NCBI GenBank assembly: GCA_010015805.1
Contig: ML978123.1
Location: 186,001 to 250,000 of the forward strand
From: Rhizodiscina lignyota
Taxonomy: Eukaryota
Reading direction: 5' to 3'
DNA: 64,000 nucleotides
The position numbers were made by a program, and so were the translations under genes. The notes below the pieces were generated by a model. The model saw only the letters and a list, made by a program, of their open reading frames with translations. It ran no database searches and was not told where the DNA came from. Below are positions 50,160 to 62,402 of this stretch, piece by piece (positions within the stretch are counted from its first letter, which is position 1; each line of letters begins with the position of its first letter).

Positions 50160-52434
50160 CAATCACGGCTGAGCATCTTTTTGTTGTTCTGCGGCCGCCC
50201 AATAACCGTGATTGTCGAGAGGGAGGTAAAAACGATGGAAAGAAGGTAGTGTTAAGCACACCGCCCGGCGCCCGCTGCCGAATCGTTGCGTTCGCCGCTG
50301 TTCTCAACACCCTACCTTCATAAAACAACGTTTCCTTAAAATTTCTCGCTATCCGAACATCGACACCCTTCCACTCCGTATGCCCTACGTCAAATTACTC
50401 CATTATCGTCGCTCTTTCCAGCAGCCTTTACACCGAGTAACTTCTCAAAGTCCTCAACGATTTGCAGAACGTCCTCACGAAGTAATTCCTCTTGAATTCA
50501 TTCGTCGAACCTGCCCCGTAGCCCTGCGATCGGAATTTCCATCCAAGTGCAAACGCGGACTTGTAAGGAGATCGCTGAACGGAATATGAGGGCGCCGTAA
50601 TAAGCTCTAAGACGGTCGACGTGGCGATGTCCTCTGTTTCATTAATGTCTCGAGCTAGCTGGATATAAGCCGCTTTCACATCTCTTGGCCGAAGGCTACT
50701 TGATCAGGTCTCGTCCGAGAGAGCACCTTTGTTCCAAGGTCTGAGCCGAACGATTTTCAGGTCGTACCTGGCGATTCGAGGCCTCTTCTACGTCATACGA
50801 CGATCCGGAGTAGATCTTATGATGAGAAGGGTCATTCAATGGAGCATGCACAACCTGTTCTTGTAGCTTGAGACCTATTTCGAAGGGGACAGCTTTCCCT
50901 CTCGCGCCGGGATAAAAGATGTCAGCATCCTTGGTCATTCGCCACAGTCCAGCTGATGTGGCCCAACTGTGAGAGTTGCTCAGGCACGAGTTCGTTCCAA
51001 GATGGATGCCATAATGGCTCGACGAGTCCTTTTCGGGATGCATGGGTTTGCACAAGTAACCTCGACGGCTGATCATCAATTGTGTGGGTGTGAGACAGTC
51101 TACCAGGCTTGACGTATGCTTCCCATGAGCGAGGACGGATGCCAACTCCGTCCCTGCGAGGCGATGTCGATGAGCTTGACTCCATCGGATTCCTACTTAT
51201 GTTGGAACCTTGCGCATAATACCTTTGAACCCTTTGGACTCACTGTCCCACACAGCTTCTCCCATCGGTGATGGCGACCGAAATCGTTGCTCCTGCTTCT
51301 TCAAGAAACCGTAGCACAGTCGTGATGGAGAATGTGGTCTCGTAAGGCACGGTTGACAGCAGGATATGTATCGTGGACAAGGGGGAAAATAAACTTCAAT
51401 AGACTGTCTACGAAAAGCGTCCCGATTCGACCTTGAAAGAAACTCGGGTAACGAGCCAAACTAATTATAGAGATTGTGGCCATTTCTCGTTTGCGATGCT
51501 CGGTGATGAACATAGTCTTCTACCGGTCTCCTTCTGCAACGTCTTTTTTTTCGTCGGCAAATTCCATAGACTTCAGTAGTTTCGCACACAAAACAAGCCA
51601 CACAGCCAGCCGCGCATACCTAGCAACATAAAGTCACGTGACCTAAAAATCTTAAATTTTATGCGGCATAGCGCATGGACTTTCGTACTTGTTACTATAG
51701 AGCTAATAGATAAGCTAAGGCTTTGTATCGCTATGACCCTATATTTCCGACATTCTGCAAAGGCAGCGCAGAATGGATGCCTTTAAAGTACGCAATGACT
51801 CACTCCCTTTCCTCCCTCAGTATCGCGGAGGCACGAGCTGGTCCATCCGGACAACAAGCCACTAGTTGTCGGAGCGCGAGCCGAGGCGATAGAACATATT
51901 GCCATGCTTTATCGCATATTACCGTGTACCTGTCACACATAAGATTCAGGTATTGTCCATCGTCAGCCTGTAATGTGCCGAAGACGTCAATTGGCTTCTG
52001 GCTCCGCGAAACGTAGCCAGCGATAAAGCAACTACAGGCTAATTCGTTCTGGCGTCTTCCAAAATTCCGTTCTGATATTGACGTCCTGCGCAGCATAGAC
52101 TAGTTGTGGACCTGGGATTTCGTGCCGTGCCGTGAATACACGGGTAGGGTCTGTTAACACGGGCTGAGGACGTTGTCGATTATGCGCAAGATCCAGTCCT
52201 TCATTTCTGGCCAACTTGCAAAATGTCATAGCTGCCCCGTTCCGTCTTCCAAATACACAGGGTCAATTGCGAGCGGAAGTCGTGTTTGGACGTGCTTGGG
52301 ATCTACTTCAGCGAATCACACGAACTTGCCAAACCCCACAGAGCGTTTTGGAAATGTACGTTCAAGTCGTAATACACGATGGTCTCAACGTTTGCTAAAT
52401 TCCCATACTTGTCTTTTCCTGAGCCTCGCATTGC

Positions 52435-54344
52435 TTAATACTGCTCCTTAAATCCCTCCTCTTGCATATACTTAATCTGCTTCTCCCCTCTCCGCTTCAA
52501 ATGCGTTAACAGCTGCCACGGCACGTCTAACTTATCAAGCACGACTTCGATCAGCTGCAAATGCTTGTTGTTCTCAATCCGCGATGGATCAAACGCCGCC
52601 GCAAACTCAGACTTCTGCACCACTCTACGGAAGCAGTTCTCCGGATCGGGGTGCTTGAAGACTGGTAACAGGTGGTCGTATGCTGTCGGATTGATGTCGT
52701 TGTACGCTGCCAAAGCAAGTCAGTTTCCATCATTCTCTGCATCCATGTTAAGATTACGTACGTTGTCTCGCTCCATGAATGACGCGCTCAATAGTATACC
52801 CGGCATTATTCACAACCACGATGACAGGCTTCGCTCCATACGTGCACATCGTGCCAATCTCGTTAATCGTGAGATTTAAACTGCCATCTCCGATGACTAG
52901 ATACGTCCTCCGCCGTGGCGCTTCAGTCTCGTCCGCGATGTCTTGCAGCGCAAGATCGGCGCCCAGCGCCGCAGGATTAGCATACCCGATGCTGCCATAG
53001 TAACCTTGAAAGATATACGTCATGTCCTGAGGCCATCGCTCGCCAACGAGTCCAAACGAGGCCGTCCCGGTCTCTCCAAGTACGACATCTCCAGGCCTGA
53101 ATGTCGACGCGATCTCCTTCCAGATCCAGGTTTGCGTTAGATGCGACGCTTCATGATCCCTCGGAATCTTTCGCTGCGGAAGCTGTGGGATCGGGACCTT
53201 TGCAATCTCGACTCCTTCTAGCGACTTGGTGAGCTCCGCCAGCAGAGGTTTGATATATGTCTTTGGAAACTGTTTGCCTTTGACTACAACGTAGTTTGGA
53301 TTGATCTCGATTGTCTTGTCTGTGCCGAATTTTCGTTGGAAGCCTCCAGTGTTGGTGTCACAGGGTAAGCTGCCCAAAACGAGAATCAGGTCGCTGCTCT
53401 CTAGCGCATCTGTGACGCCAGGCCAATTCACTTGGCCATGATATATCCCAACCCAGAAATCGTCGCTCTCGTCCAGAATGCCTTTGCCCATGTTGGCTGC
53501 GAACGCTGGTATTTGCAATCTCTTCGCCAGAGCTCGAGCTTCAGGCACAGCGTTGTGCCTGTGCGTTAGTGCATCGGCGAATATGGCCGGCTTCTTGGCC
53601 TCCTGAAGTGCGGTCTTGATCGCCTCGACCGCAGCAGTCTGAGCTTTTATGTCTACCGGCAGTGATAGATCGATTGGTGTATCCAGTAAGGAAGCAGGTA
53701 GCTCCTCATGCACCATGTTGAGCGGAATAAAGATGTATACCGGCCCAGATCTCACCATGCATTCTCTGATCACGCGATCAATCTCTCTCGCAGCGCCAGG
53801 AATGTCATTCTCGAACAGGTGCAGCTCTGCCTGCGTAAGCCGTGCGTGCCTGGACATTTCGTTATAAATCTGGTGATCTGGATCAAAGCCCAAAGAATGG
53901 TGGATCATCAGGCGGTTCTTCTGCATGAACCGAGGCGTCTGGCCGACAATGTGGATCACCTTTACTTGCTCGGTCTTTGCGCCAACGACGCCGTTCAATG
54001 CAGACAGCTCACCCACGCCATGAGTCGTGACGAAGACACCTGGAAGACCTCGTACACGGGCATAGCCGTCTGCCGCATAGGCCGCGTTGAGTTCATTGGC
54101 GTTGCCGACGAAACGTAAGTTTGGCACTTTGTAGAGATAATCGAGCAACTCTAGTTGGAAGTCGCCTGGCACGCCCTGTTATACGTTATTCAAGAGCATT
54201 CAAGCCAAACCATAACTTTTAAGGCCAGGATTTGTAAAGGGAACTGTTATCACGTACGAGGACTGTACCAACGCCAAGCTGTCGTATTCTCTTGAAAAGA
54301 TACGTGCCAAGGGTGATTGTTGCCGCGTCGCCATTCACTGCCAT
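52435..54344 (-). CDS. TPP-dependent 2-oxo-acid decarboxylase (pyruvate/phenylpyruvate decarboxylase family), 3 exons
   Basis: GVPGDF, NELNAAYAADGYAR, TTHGVGELSALNG, HHSLG, ETGT, YGSIGY, GDGS...NN TPP motif, GYTIER. Confidence 0.93.
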
Positions 54345-55160
54345 GTTGCTGAAGTTGAGAATGTGAACAATGGCAGCTATTCGAACTATGTTCTTAAAGA
54401 AACACTGAAGTCCGTATGAACAGTGCAGCTCTTCTCGTGATACGTTGATTCGGCTTAGCTAGAAATCAAAGAAACACAGAAGTGACACAAAATGTTCAAC
54501 GGAAATGATGCACAGTAAGAAGGTAGATAAAATGCCCGACCTATTGACTAATGAATACAACCAAAGAAGGCAGAACGGCGCGAAAGGCGGGCATTCAAAT
54601 CGAGCACAAGATGCAACCGCGGAGAATGACAGTGATTCTAATGCAAGGCCCCGCGCGCGCTCGGCTCGTTCGTGTTACCGTATGTATCCATCGAATTCGC
54701 ATCAGTCGCGCTCATTGCTCAGCGACATACCGCGGCTGGAATGACCTACAAAGCTCTAATAATCGCGGAGATGTGGGGCCCGTCCAGTTGTGGGGCTTGC
54801 CATGGGACGTGACGTGCATGTTTCTGCTGTCTTGGGCGGTTACTCGCGGAGGTGTAAACACGGCACGCACGAATAGGACGGAAAAGCCGGAAGGCGGAAA
54901 AGTTGGGTCTCTATGAAGCTTGAGTCTCTTTGGCGGTTGGCGATGGAGTTTACGATACCGCAACTGGTAAGATTATTGCGAGACAAGGACAGGGGTTCAT
55001 ATTTATGAATCTGGTGAGTGGCGAATGTCTAGGATAGTAAACTCGGTGTATTAGCAGCATGTGCGTACTACTCCATACATAAAAGTCACTGGGCTGTATA
55101 GAGGAAAGAAAACTAACTGAATATGCGACTATGGCTTGCATGCGAATCGGACCTTAATTT

Positions 55161-55213
55161 CGGAGGGCGCCTTGGCACAGCGGAGGGCGACTATGCACGC
55201 AGTTCGGAGGGCG
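55161..55213. promoter_or_regulatory. Triple CGGAGGGCG motif, candidate Zn2Cys6 sites
   Basis: Exact 9-mer at 55161, 55181 and 55205, upstream of the decarboxylase start. Confidence 0.5.
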
Positions 55214-55936
55214 ATTTACACCGCCTATTGTCAAAATTCCAGAGTCAACATTTCGCTCTTTAAGGCTTCGTGCTCTTGGCCCAAGTCCTGGCTAGACCAC
55301 AACTAGTTGTTATCTTTCATAGCATACTATCCTAGTCATTCTTTGCTTGGGGACTTATTATCTGTGTTATTTTAGAAGGTTTCTACTTGGCGTGTGTACT
55401 ACTCCGTGGCAGTGTTGGGTTTATAGTATATTCCGAGAAAACACGATAACTAGTACAATGGACTCTCGCGCGACTCCAACGTGTCCAACACGGGGAGATG
55501 AAACACGACATTCATGGAAATTCGGAGTGTGTCTAGGAACATGTATCCAATTCAACATTGATATCCAACGTTGACAAACTCTACAGTAGACAATTTGAAC
55601 TCCCGGGCCGCAGCAACCGGGCTAGGTATCTCATCATCGCTCAATCTCAAAGCTGCTGCTCGCTCATGCTACGCTGAAGTGCATCATCAAGGATTGACTC
55701 GAAGAAAAAGGGGACACCCATTGAAAGAGAAACATGAAAACGAAAACTCCGCTCGCTGATGCAAGTAGCCCAAACCCAAAAAGAGCAGCCATATCAACAA
55801 CAGTGTACCGATGAAGGTCAGTGTGTTTGTGTGTACAGTGCCAGAGGTGTGTTTTGGCCGAGATGCATTCCAGGTGACATCAACAAACGCCCGCATTCCA
55901 ATGAAAACGGACCCAAAGGACTTTTCTCTTAAATCA

Positions 55937-57950
55937 TCACCACCCCGTAACGTCAAGGATCTTCTTGACCTCTCCTGCCGTCATGCCATTGACTCCAAGG
56001 CTGCGGACTTGGGTTCCGCGACGCAGTCGTTGGAGGCCGACTGCGACTTTCCAAGCTTCTGATTCCGAGATGATGAAGACGTACTTCTTACCATCTGAGT
56101 CGCGGATACTCGTGCGGAGGACATGTGTCCCGCCACTTGTGCCAGTCTGAATCTACGTAAGGTACTGATCAAAGGCGAGCAAGGGCAGGGCGTTATCTTA
56201 CTTCGACCAGTTTCATCCCCCACGCCTTCACGTCCCATTCCCTCTGGCCGACACCTCGCACGTCGTCATCGACGAAGCAGCCCTCAGTCGTTATTCGCAG
56301 TATCAGTCCGTCAGTTACGGATCCAATGCCTGAGATCAGCTGAGCAACAGGCTTTGGAAACATATTGTTGAACAAATACACAGCCTTGATGACGATCTTG
56401 TCAGGATCCTTTGTGCTGTACGGTCCACGATGTGATGGAGGTGGACTAGTCCGGGCTGTTGACCCACTCGGAGCACTGCTGTAGAAGGATGGTGATTCGG
56501 AGACGAAGGAAGAAGCCGAGTTGGTTTTTTGCGGACGTTTGGGAACATATGAGCGCGTTTCGTCGTTCTCTGTCCCCGCATACGTCCGGGAAGAAGGTTG
56601 CTGGTACCGGGAATGGCTTGCAGTTGACCCAGCGTACGGATCTGTTCGTTCTCCTACACCATACGTTGGAGTTATTGCTGCCGCCGCGGCCGCTGTTGCA
56701 GCCTGTTTCCGGGCCTCTGCCTCCTTTTTGCCTTCCTCTGCCTTCTTGGCTTCCGCTTCCTTTTTGGCCTCTGCCTCCTTCCTAGCCTCTTCTTCTTTTT
56801 TGGTCTCCGCTTCTCTCCTCTCCCTCTCGAGCTTCTCAAGCTTCTCGAGCTTCTCAAGCCGCTCAAGTCTTTCCTTCTCAAGCCTATCCGTCTCGGCCTT
56901 TACCCTCTCGAGCCTTTCCTTCTCGAGCTTCACCTTCTCTTTCTCCAACTCGGCTTTCTCCTTCTCAAACTTCTCCCTTTCGAGCTTCTCCCTCTCCCTC
57001 TCCATCTTTTCTCTGGCCAGGCGTTCGCGTGCTTCTCGTTCTCTGGCCTCGCGCTCCCTGGCCCGCATTTGTTCCCACTTCTCCTTCTCAGCGGCAGCCT
57101 TTGCAGCTTTCTCTGCTTCTGCTTTCTTCTTAGCGGCCTCCTCTGCCCTCTTTTTGATCTCTTCCTGCCTCCTGAGCTCTTCTGCCCTTCGTCTCATGTC
57201 CTCACGTGCCTTCTCCCACGCAGATGGGCCCGAAGTTCCAGCACCAGCGCTTCCCCATGACGGCTTCGGCGGTGATTTTTGTCGTGGTGGCGTCTTCTGT
57301 CGCGGTGGTGATCTCTGCCGGGGTGGCGACCTTTGTCTCGGTGGCGATCTTTCTCCCGACGGCGACCTTTGTCGGTAATGTCCACCTCCCGCATTTCCTC
57401 CTGGTGCAGCACCTGTCGCGCCTGGACCGGCAGAAGCGCCTTGCCCGTGGCCATAACCTGGCTGGGGGCCCGGCTGCGGCTCTGGCTGGGGTGGTGGTTG
57501 AGCTCGTGGGCCTGGCTGGGGCCCCGGTGATGGTCCTGGCGGTGGTGTATATGCAGTACCTGTCCCTCCACTTCCATCCCCTTTGCCACCGCCTTCGGTC
57601 TGTGTTCTCCCCCAAGCCCACCCCGCTAGTCCAACTCCCACTACCAGGAGCAAAACACCAGCTCCGGAACCAGAGGCGACTAGGATATGAAACCACTGCC
57701 TCAGTGTGGGGGATATGACCTGCCATACCCACACTGCGAGCAGCGTGCACGCAACACCAGCGAGGAAGGAGTTTCGGTTTGGCTGGAGTGACGGAAGGTA
57801 GAGGAAGCCGGAGCCGGAGCTGTGCGGTGGGATAATGAAGATGTCGTAGTTTCCAGGTGGCAGGCCGGAACTGCCAGAGCCTTGGCCGTCTGTGGTTCGC
57901 GGATTGGAGCCGTGGGGCGGTGGAGGAGGAGGCGGAGGAGCAGAGTTCAT
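55937..57950 (-). CDS. Conserved fungal protein: two TM helices, Pro-rich linker, charged helix, C-terminal globular domain
   Basis: 585-aa ORF plus a final exon (…KYVFIISESEAWKVAVGLQRLRRGTQVRSLGV…TGW*); YDIFIIPPHSSGSGFLYLPSL; DGLILRITTEGCFVDDDVRGV.QREWDVKAW. Confidence 0.8.
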
Positions 57951-58946
57951 TGCCTCTGCGCCGTCCTCCGCTCAGGCCGCAGCAGCGGCCCTTCTTCGCA
58001 GCGGTGCAGTGACGCCGCAATCGCTCGAGACGTTTTATTTTGCGGCGCAATGAGGTTTTTCGATGTGGAAGAGGATTCGTAGGCGGGATTTGCGTCGTTG
58101 CATGAGGAGTGGCGGTCGGTTGCTGGGAGGAAGATTTTCTGTTTATGCCTGTTGTGCCTGGCGGTTTCGAGTCAGCGGGTAAGATTGCGATGGCCGAGCA
58201 GGGATGGCGGGAGCAGATTGATCGAGGCAGCAATAGCTTCAATGGAGGTCGAATTGGCTCTGAAACGCTTGTGCATGTGAATTGAGAGTTGTTTTGGAGG
58301 TGGTGATGGAGGGCGAGCAGTGCGCCTCTATGTTTGGACTTTTTTTCGCGCTAAAGCCCGCTGTCATGATTGGGCGCCAACCCCAAAAAGGCGGCGCATT
58401 AATTCGCTGGCAAGCCTCTTCGATGTGATCACACCCGCTCAGCAACGCTCGTGTCCCCTGAAAAGCAGGAAATGAGCTGATGGGAAAGTCATTTCTGTGC
58501 CGCTGAGGGCGGGCGAGCATCTTTACTGCGTGCAGGCGGCGACGTGCCCACTGTTTACGAACGCGTGCTCTCCAAACAATTGAGTCGTTGCTCGGTCACG
58601 CTCCACCGGCCCACAGCGAATTGGAGCGGCGCAGGGTGCATTTACGATGCTATTGCATGCGTTTTGTATGCAGTCAGAGCATTTTGCGGACTTGTCCCGC
58701 CATCATTCGCTCGCTTTTGCTGGGAGCGCACTGGCGCAGCGACCGCTTTCATCACACTGCAGCGGGCCGTCGCTCGAGTCCGGCGACGTGCAGCGAACGC
58801 TCGTTAGCCAGCCCAACCCAGCCAGCCAGCCAGCCGCTGCGCTCCACAACAATCTTCCGACGCACACGAAACCTCTCGCTTGAGGAAAATACACTCGTCT
58901 TCAAGAGGCCAGCATCTCAGATGCGTCTGCATTTGCTACACATGCT

Positions 58947-60050
58947 CTACTGCGCGACATACCCTCCGTCGACCGACAAGGCCGCCCCAGTCATCCACGA
59001 GTTTTCCTCCGACGCCAGGAAGACCACTGCGTTGGCGATCTCCTCTGGCTTGCCCGTCCGGCCGCCACCCAGCGGATGTAGCCTTGATATGTTATTGTTG
59101 ATCTCCGTATTGCTGAGCACGTGGTCGACAAGCGCCGTATGCATCCCTATTGCGGTCAATGGATTAGCTTGGCACGTCTATTCATCCAGCAAAGCGCTGC
59201 TTACAGCCCGGGCAGACGGCATTGATGTTGATGTTGTACGGTGCAGCGTCTAATGCAGCAGATTTAGTCAAACCGATCACTGCGTGCTTCGAGGCCGTAT
59301 ATGCGTCTGCAGCACGTCAGTAAGAGCCTTCGATGCTGGCGGCAGGCTGACTGACTTGCTTGTTGAAATCCAACCAGGCCAAGGATACTGGATACACTGA
59401 CAATCCTTCCTCTGCATCCCAATTCACTTGGTTCCTGCTGAATCATTTGTTTCGTAGCGAACTTGATACCGTAGAAAACAGATGACCCGTTAATCTTCAT
59501 CGTCTTTTCGAAGATGTCGTTTGGCCTGATATTCCTTGTTAGCAGAGCCTCCAATTCTGAAGACGTGACAAAATGCTGAGGCCGAGACAGCTCCAATTCT
59601 TTCCGAATTGATGTCCTGATGGTAAACAACCGTACATGCCTGACGAAGACTTACTTCTCCCAAATTGGACCCAATCCACTCTCAAGAGTCGTTCCAGCAT
59701 TGTTTACGAAGCTATGCTTAAACATCAACATTCATCATTCTCTGCCGGGAGAAGCCTTGCTCATACATGTCGAGCCTGCCATAATGATCCACTGTCGTCT
59801 TGACCAACGCTTCTACCTGGTCTGCATTGGTGACGTCCGTCTTCACGAAGATTGCCTTTCCTCCGCTCGCCACGATCAGATCATGAGTACTCTTATCGGA
59901 ATCCGGACACGCTTCTGGCCTAGGCAGCTCTCGAAGGTCGGAGCACACGAGAAGTGCGCCCTCACGTGCCAATGCGAGGGATATTGCTCTTCCCACGCCC
60001 GACGAAGCTCCTGTGACGACGGCTGATTTTCCTTGGAGGCGTCCTGCCAT
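58947..60050 (-). CDS. Classical short-chain dehydrogenase/reductase, multi-exon
   Basis: [44 protein letters not shown]. Confidence 0.92.
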
Positions 60051-61076
60051 TGCTGGGGGTTTGCGTGTCGAGGAACTGGGAAATCGGGGGATTTGAGAGG
60101 GAAAGGTGTCTCTTTACCGTCACGGAGAGATTGAAGCGAGTTACTGTACAAGACTAAAGTAGAAGAAGGAATAAATAAATCTCCGAATCGCTCTCCGGAG
60201 ATAGGCCAATCAATTTCTTCTCCTATTGATAGAGCAAATGCAGTGAGAGAGGTGCTATACAGCTGTCCTACCTCGGAGCCTCGTTCGCTGAGGGGTTGGC
60301 CGCTAAGAACCTTTGAGCAATCGGCAGTCCGATCAAGCCGGCTATCGGAGTAGGCACGATTCTATCGTATTATCCCCGCTCGGGAAACTTCTGACACACT
60401 CGACTTGCTGCATTCCGAGCGCGAATGCCAACGGGTGGAGCGCGTAATTGGCGTGCAGTTGATGATGGACGCGCTGATTGGCGGGAGCGTGCCTGGCTAT
60501 CCTCTTTCAGCTTGAGTCTGATGTTTGTGTGTAACAGCACAGTTTTAAAGCACTCGTACATCTTACGTTGATGAATTTGGAAAATAGGACAGCAAGAGGT
60601 AAGAAGAAAGTTTGTTTGATTTTATATTCCTTCGACAGTCTCGCGTACTAACTCCATTCGGTGTAGTTGGATCTGAGACATATTCTCCGATCCCCTGGGT
60701 TCTTCGGACGCCGTGTATCTGTCCTTTTAACAACCTACTCACTGCTTGCTATTGTAGAGCATGACTGCAAAACAGACTCTGCGTGCGTGTACTTGCAGAT
60801 CCGGAAATACCTGACGTGTTTCAAAGACAGGCGCTGAATCGTGTGCTGCACCTGAATGCACGCGAAGCCTTCGCAATTGAAGTCTCCGCTTCCATTATTC
60901 CATCACCTTGCGTGGAGTGCCCTCGAAGAGCTTCAGTCTTACTCCACCACCACACTCCCCTCACGTCGTGGAGGCATTGAACGAATATCCTATCCGTTCC
61001 GACTATTGTATGCGGCTGGTTGAAGAAGTCAGCATAGTAACTCCGCCCTCCCAATGGAGCCAAAGGGACGCAAACC

Positions 61077-61445
61077 TCATCCAGGCCGCTCTTTCTCCAC
61101 TCTAAACGTGATCACGGAATAGCCTGGGCCGCTCTGGCTTGCACCTCCTCGAGCCTGAGACTGACTTGTCGATTGGCTTGATGAGCTCTCTTCAGGAAGA
61201 GGCTGGTCTGGAGGATAGCCCTTCCGAGTCGCTATCTCGCGCTGCAGTCGTCTGCGATGCCCCAGCTTAACTCCCAGCCGATCGAGATCTCTCTCGGTGA
61301 CATTCGACAGTGCCTCCCAACTTGCATATCCTTTTTCAGCCAAGGTCGGATAGTATTCGTGGAGCCCCAGGTTTGCAAGCTCGTAGTAGAACGTGTAAGG
61401 AGTGGTCGCGGATGTATTGTCCGACTCGGGCCGAAACGCCTGCAT
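61077..61445 (-). CDS. Small SAM-domain protein (122 aa)
   Basis: LANLGLHEYYPTLAEKGYASWEALSNVTERDLDRLGVKLGHRRRLQREIA is a canonical SAM; TATATA lies ~75 bp upstream. Confidence 0.8.
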   Translation of the reverse strand: MQAFRPESDNTSATTPYTFYYELANLGLHEYYPTLAEKGYASWEALSNVTERDLDRLGVKLGHRRRLQREIATRKGYPPDQPLPEESSSSQSTSQSQARGGASQSGPGYSVITFRVEKERPG

Positions 61446-62402
61446 CGTCAGTTGACCAACTTGGTGATTTCACGGACGGCTTACTTTTAAGGGGAAACCC
61501 TCGCCGCGGAAAATGCCTATATAGAGCCGGCCGCCCAATCCGACGAATTACACCATTGCAAGCCTCAACCCGCGTAAATTCCTCTCGAAATGCAGCTGTG
61601 AAAAAATAAATTGATATCGCCCATTCTTGCCACCTGATTGGCGTGCCGGACCCGGATGCCACTCCGCTGGCGAAATCCCTTGGTCCCCCCTTATCCACGC
61701 TTCCCATTTACGTGAACTTCTTCACGCTCCGCGGCCTAAGGAGAGCTTAGCTCTGCTCTGGAGTCATTTCCGGAGCATTCTAGAAGGTTCGTGTCTGCGC
61801 AGTACGAGTGGCCGATCCGAAGTAACCTTGTCACCCTGCGGGCCTGCCGATCGATGCTGCATTCGTGCCAAAGTTAAGCGCTGAAAACTGGTTGTGGCCC
61901 ATTTTGCACCTATGTACTTCGTCCGCCTGTCCCGGCGGGGAGGCCGTGGCACCGTGGCACATGATCAATGGGAGACTGGATTCTTGCAACGACACTGGAA
62001 TTTTGTCTGGAAGATTCGGTATGCGAGTCAATTCTACACTGTGCAGCTTGGAAAGCAGTTGGGGATCGAATGGATTTGATTGGCTCGGAGCTCACCTCCA
62101 CCCACCCAGTCATGCATATCTGATTATCTGATTCTCGACACCCAATTTCAGTTACTCTGTTACACAAGCTCTTTGGTCTGGGCATTCGTGGCTGACATAT
62201 CTACAAATACCTTGACCATTTGCTCTGCGGCTACACCCCCCAAAGTTGCAAATGTGACATGTCTTTAACTGCATCTCGACACGATTGAACCCGCTACTGT
62301 CGCACGTTCTACAATGATGGAAGAACAAATATTTCGTTCAGCTTTAGACTACATGCTTTGGTCCTAAAAGAAAGAAAAGGAAAAAAAGAGAGAGAAGGCA
62401 AC

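Noticed and set aside
38700..52400. Starship or other giant transposon
   Set aside because: No tyrosine-recombinase captain, transposase, terminal inverted repeats or target-site duplication could be seen.
52435..55300. TPP riboswitch near the TPP-dependent decarboxylase
   Set aside because: No CTGAGA...TAATACCAGCG-type aptamer seen in the introns or flanks.
56521..58242. Long overlapping ORFs (56521-57378 +, 57202-58242 -)
   Set aside because: Shadow frames of a low-complexity, GC-rich CDS.
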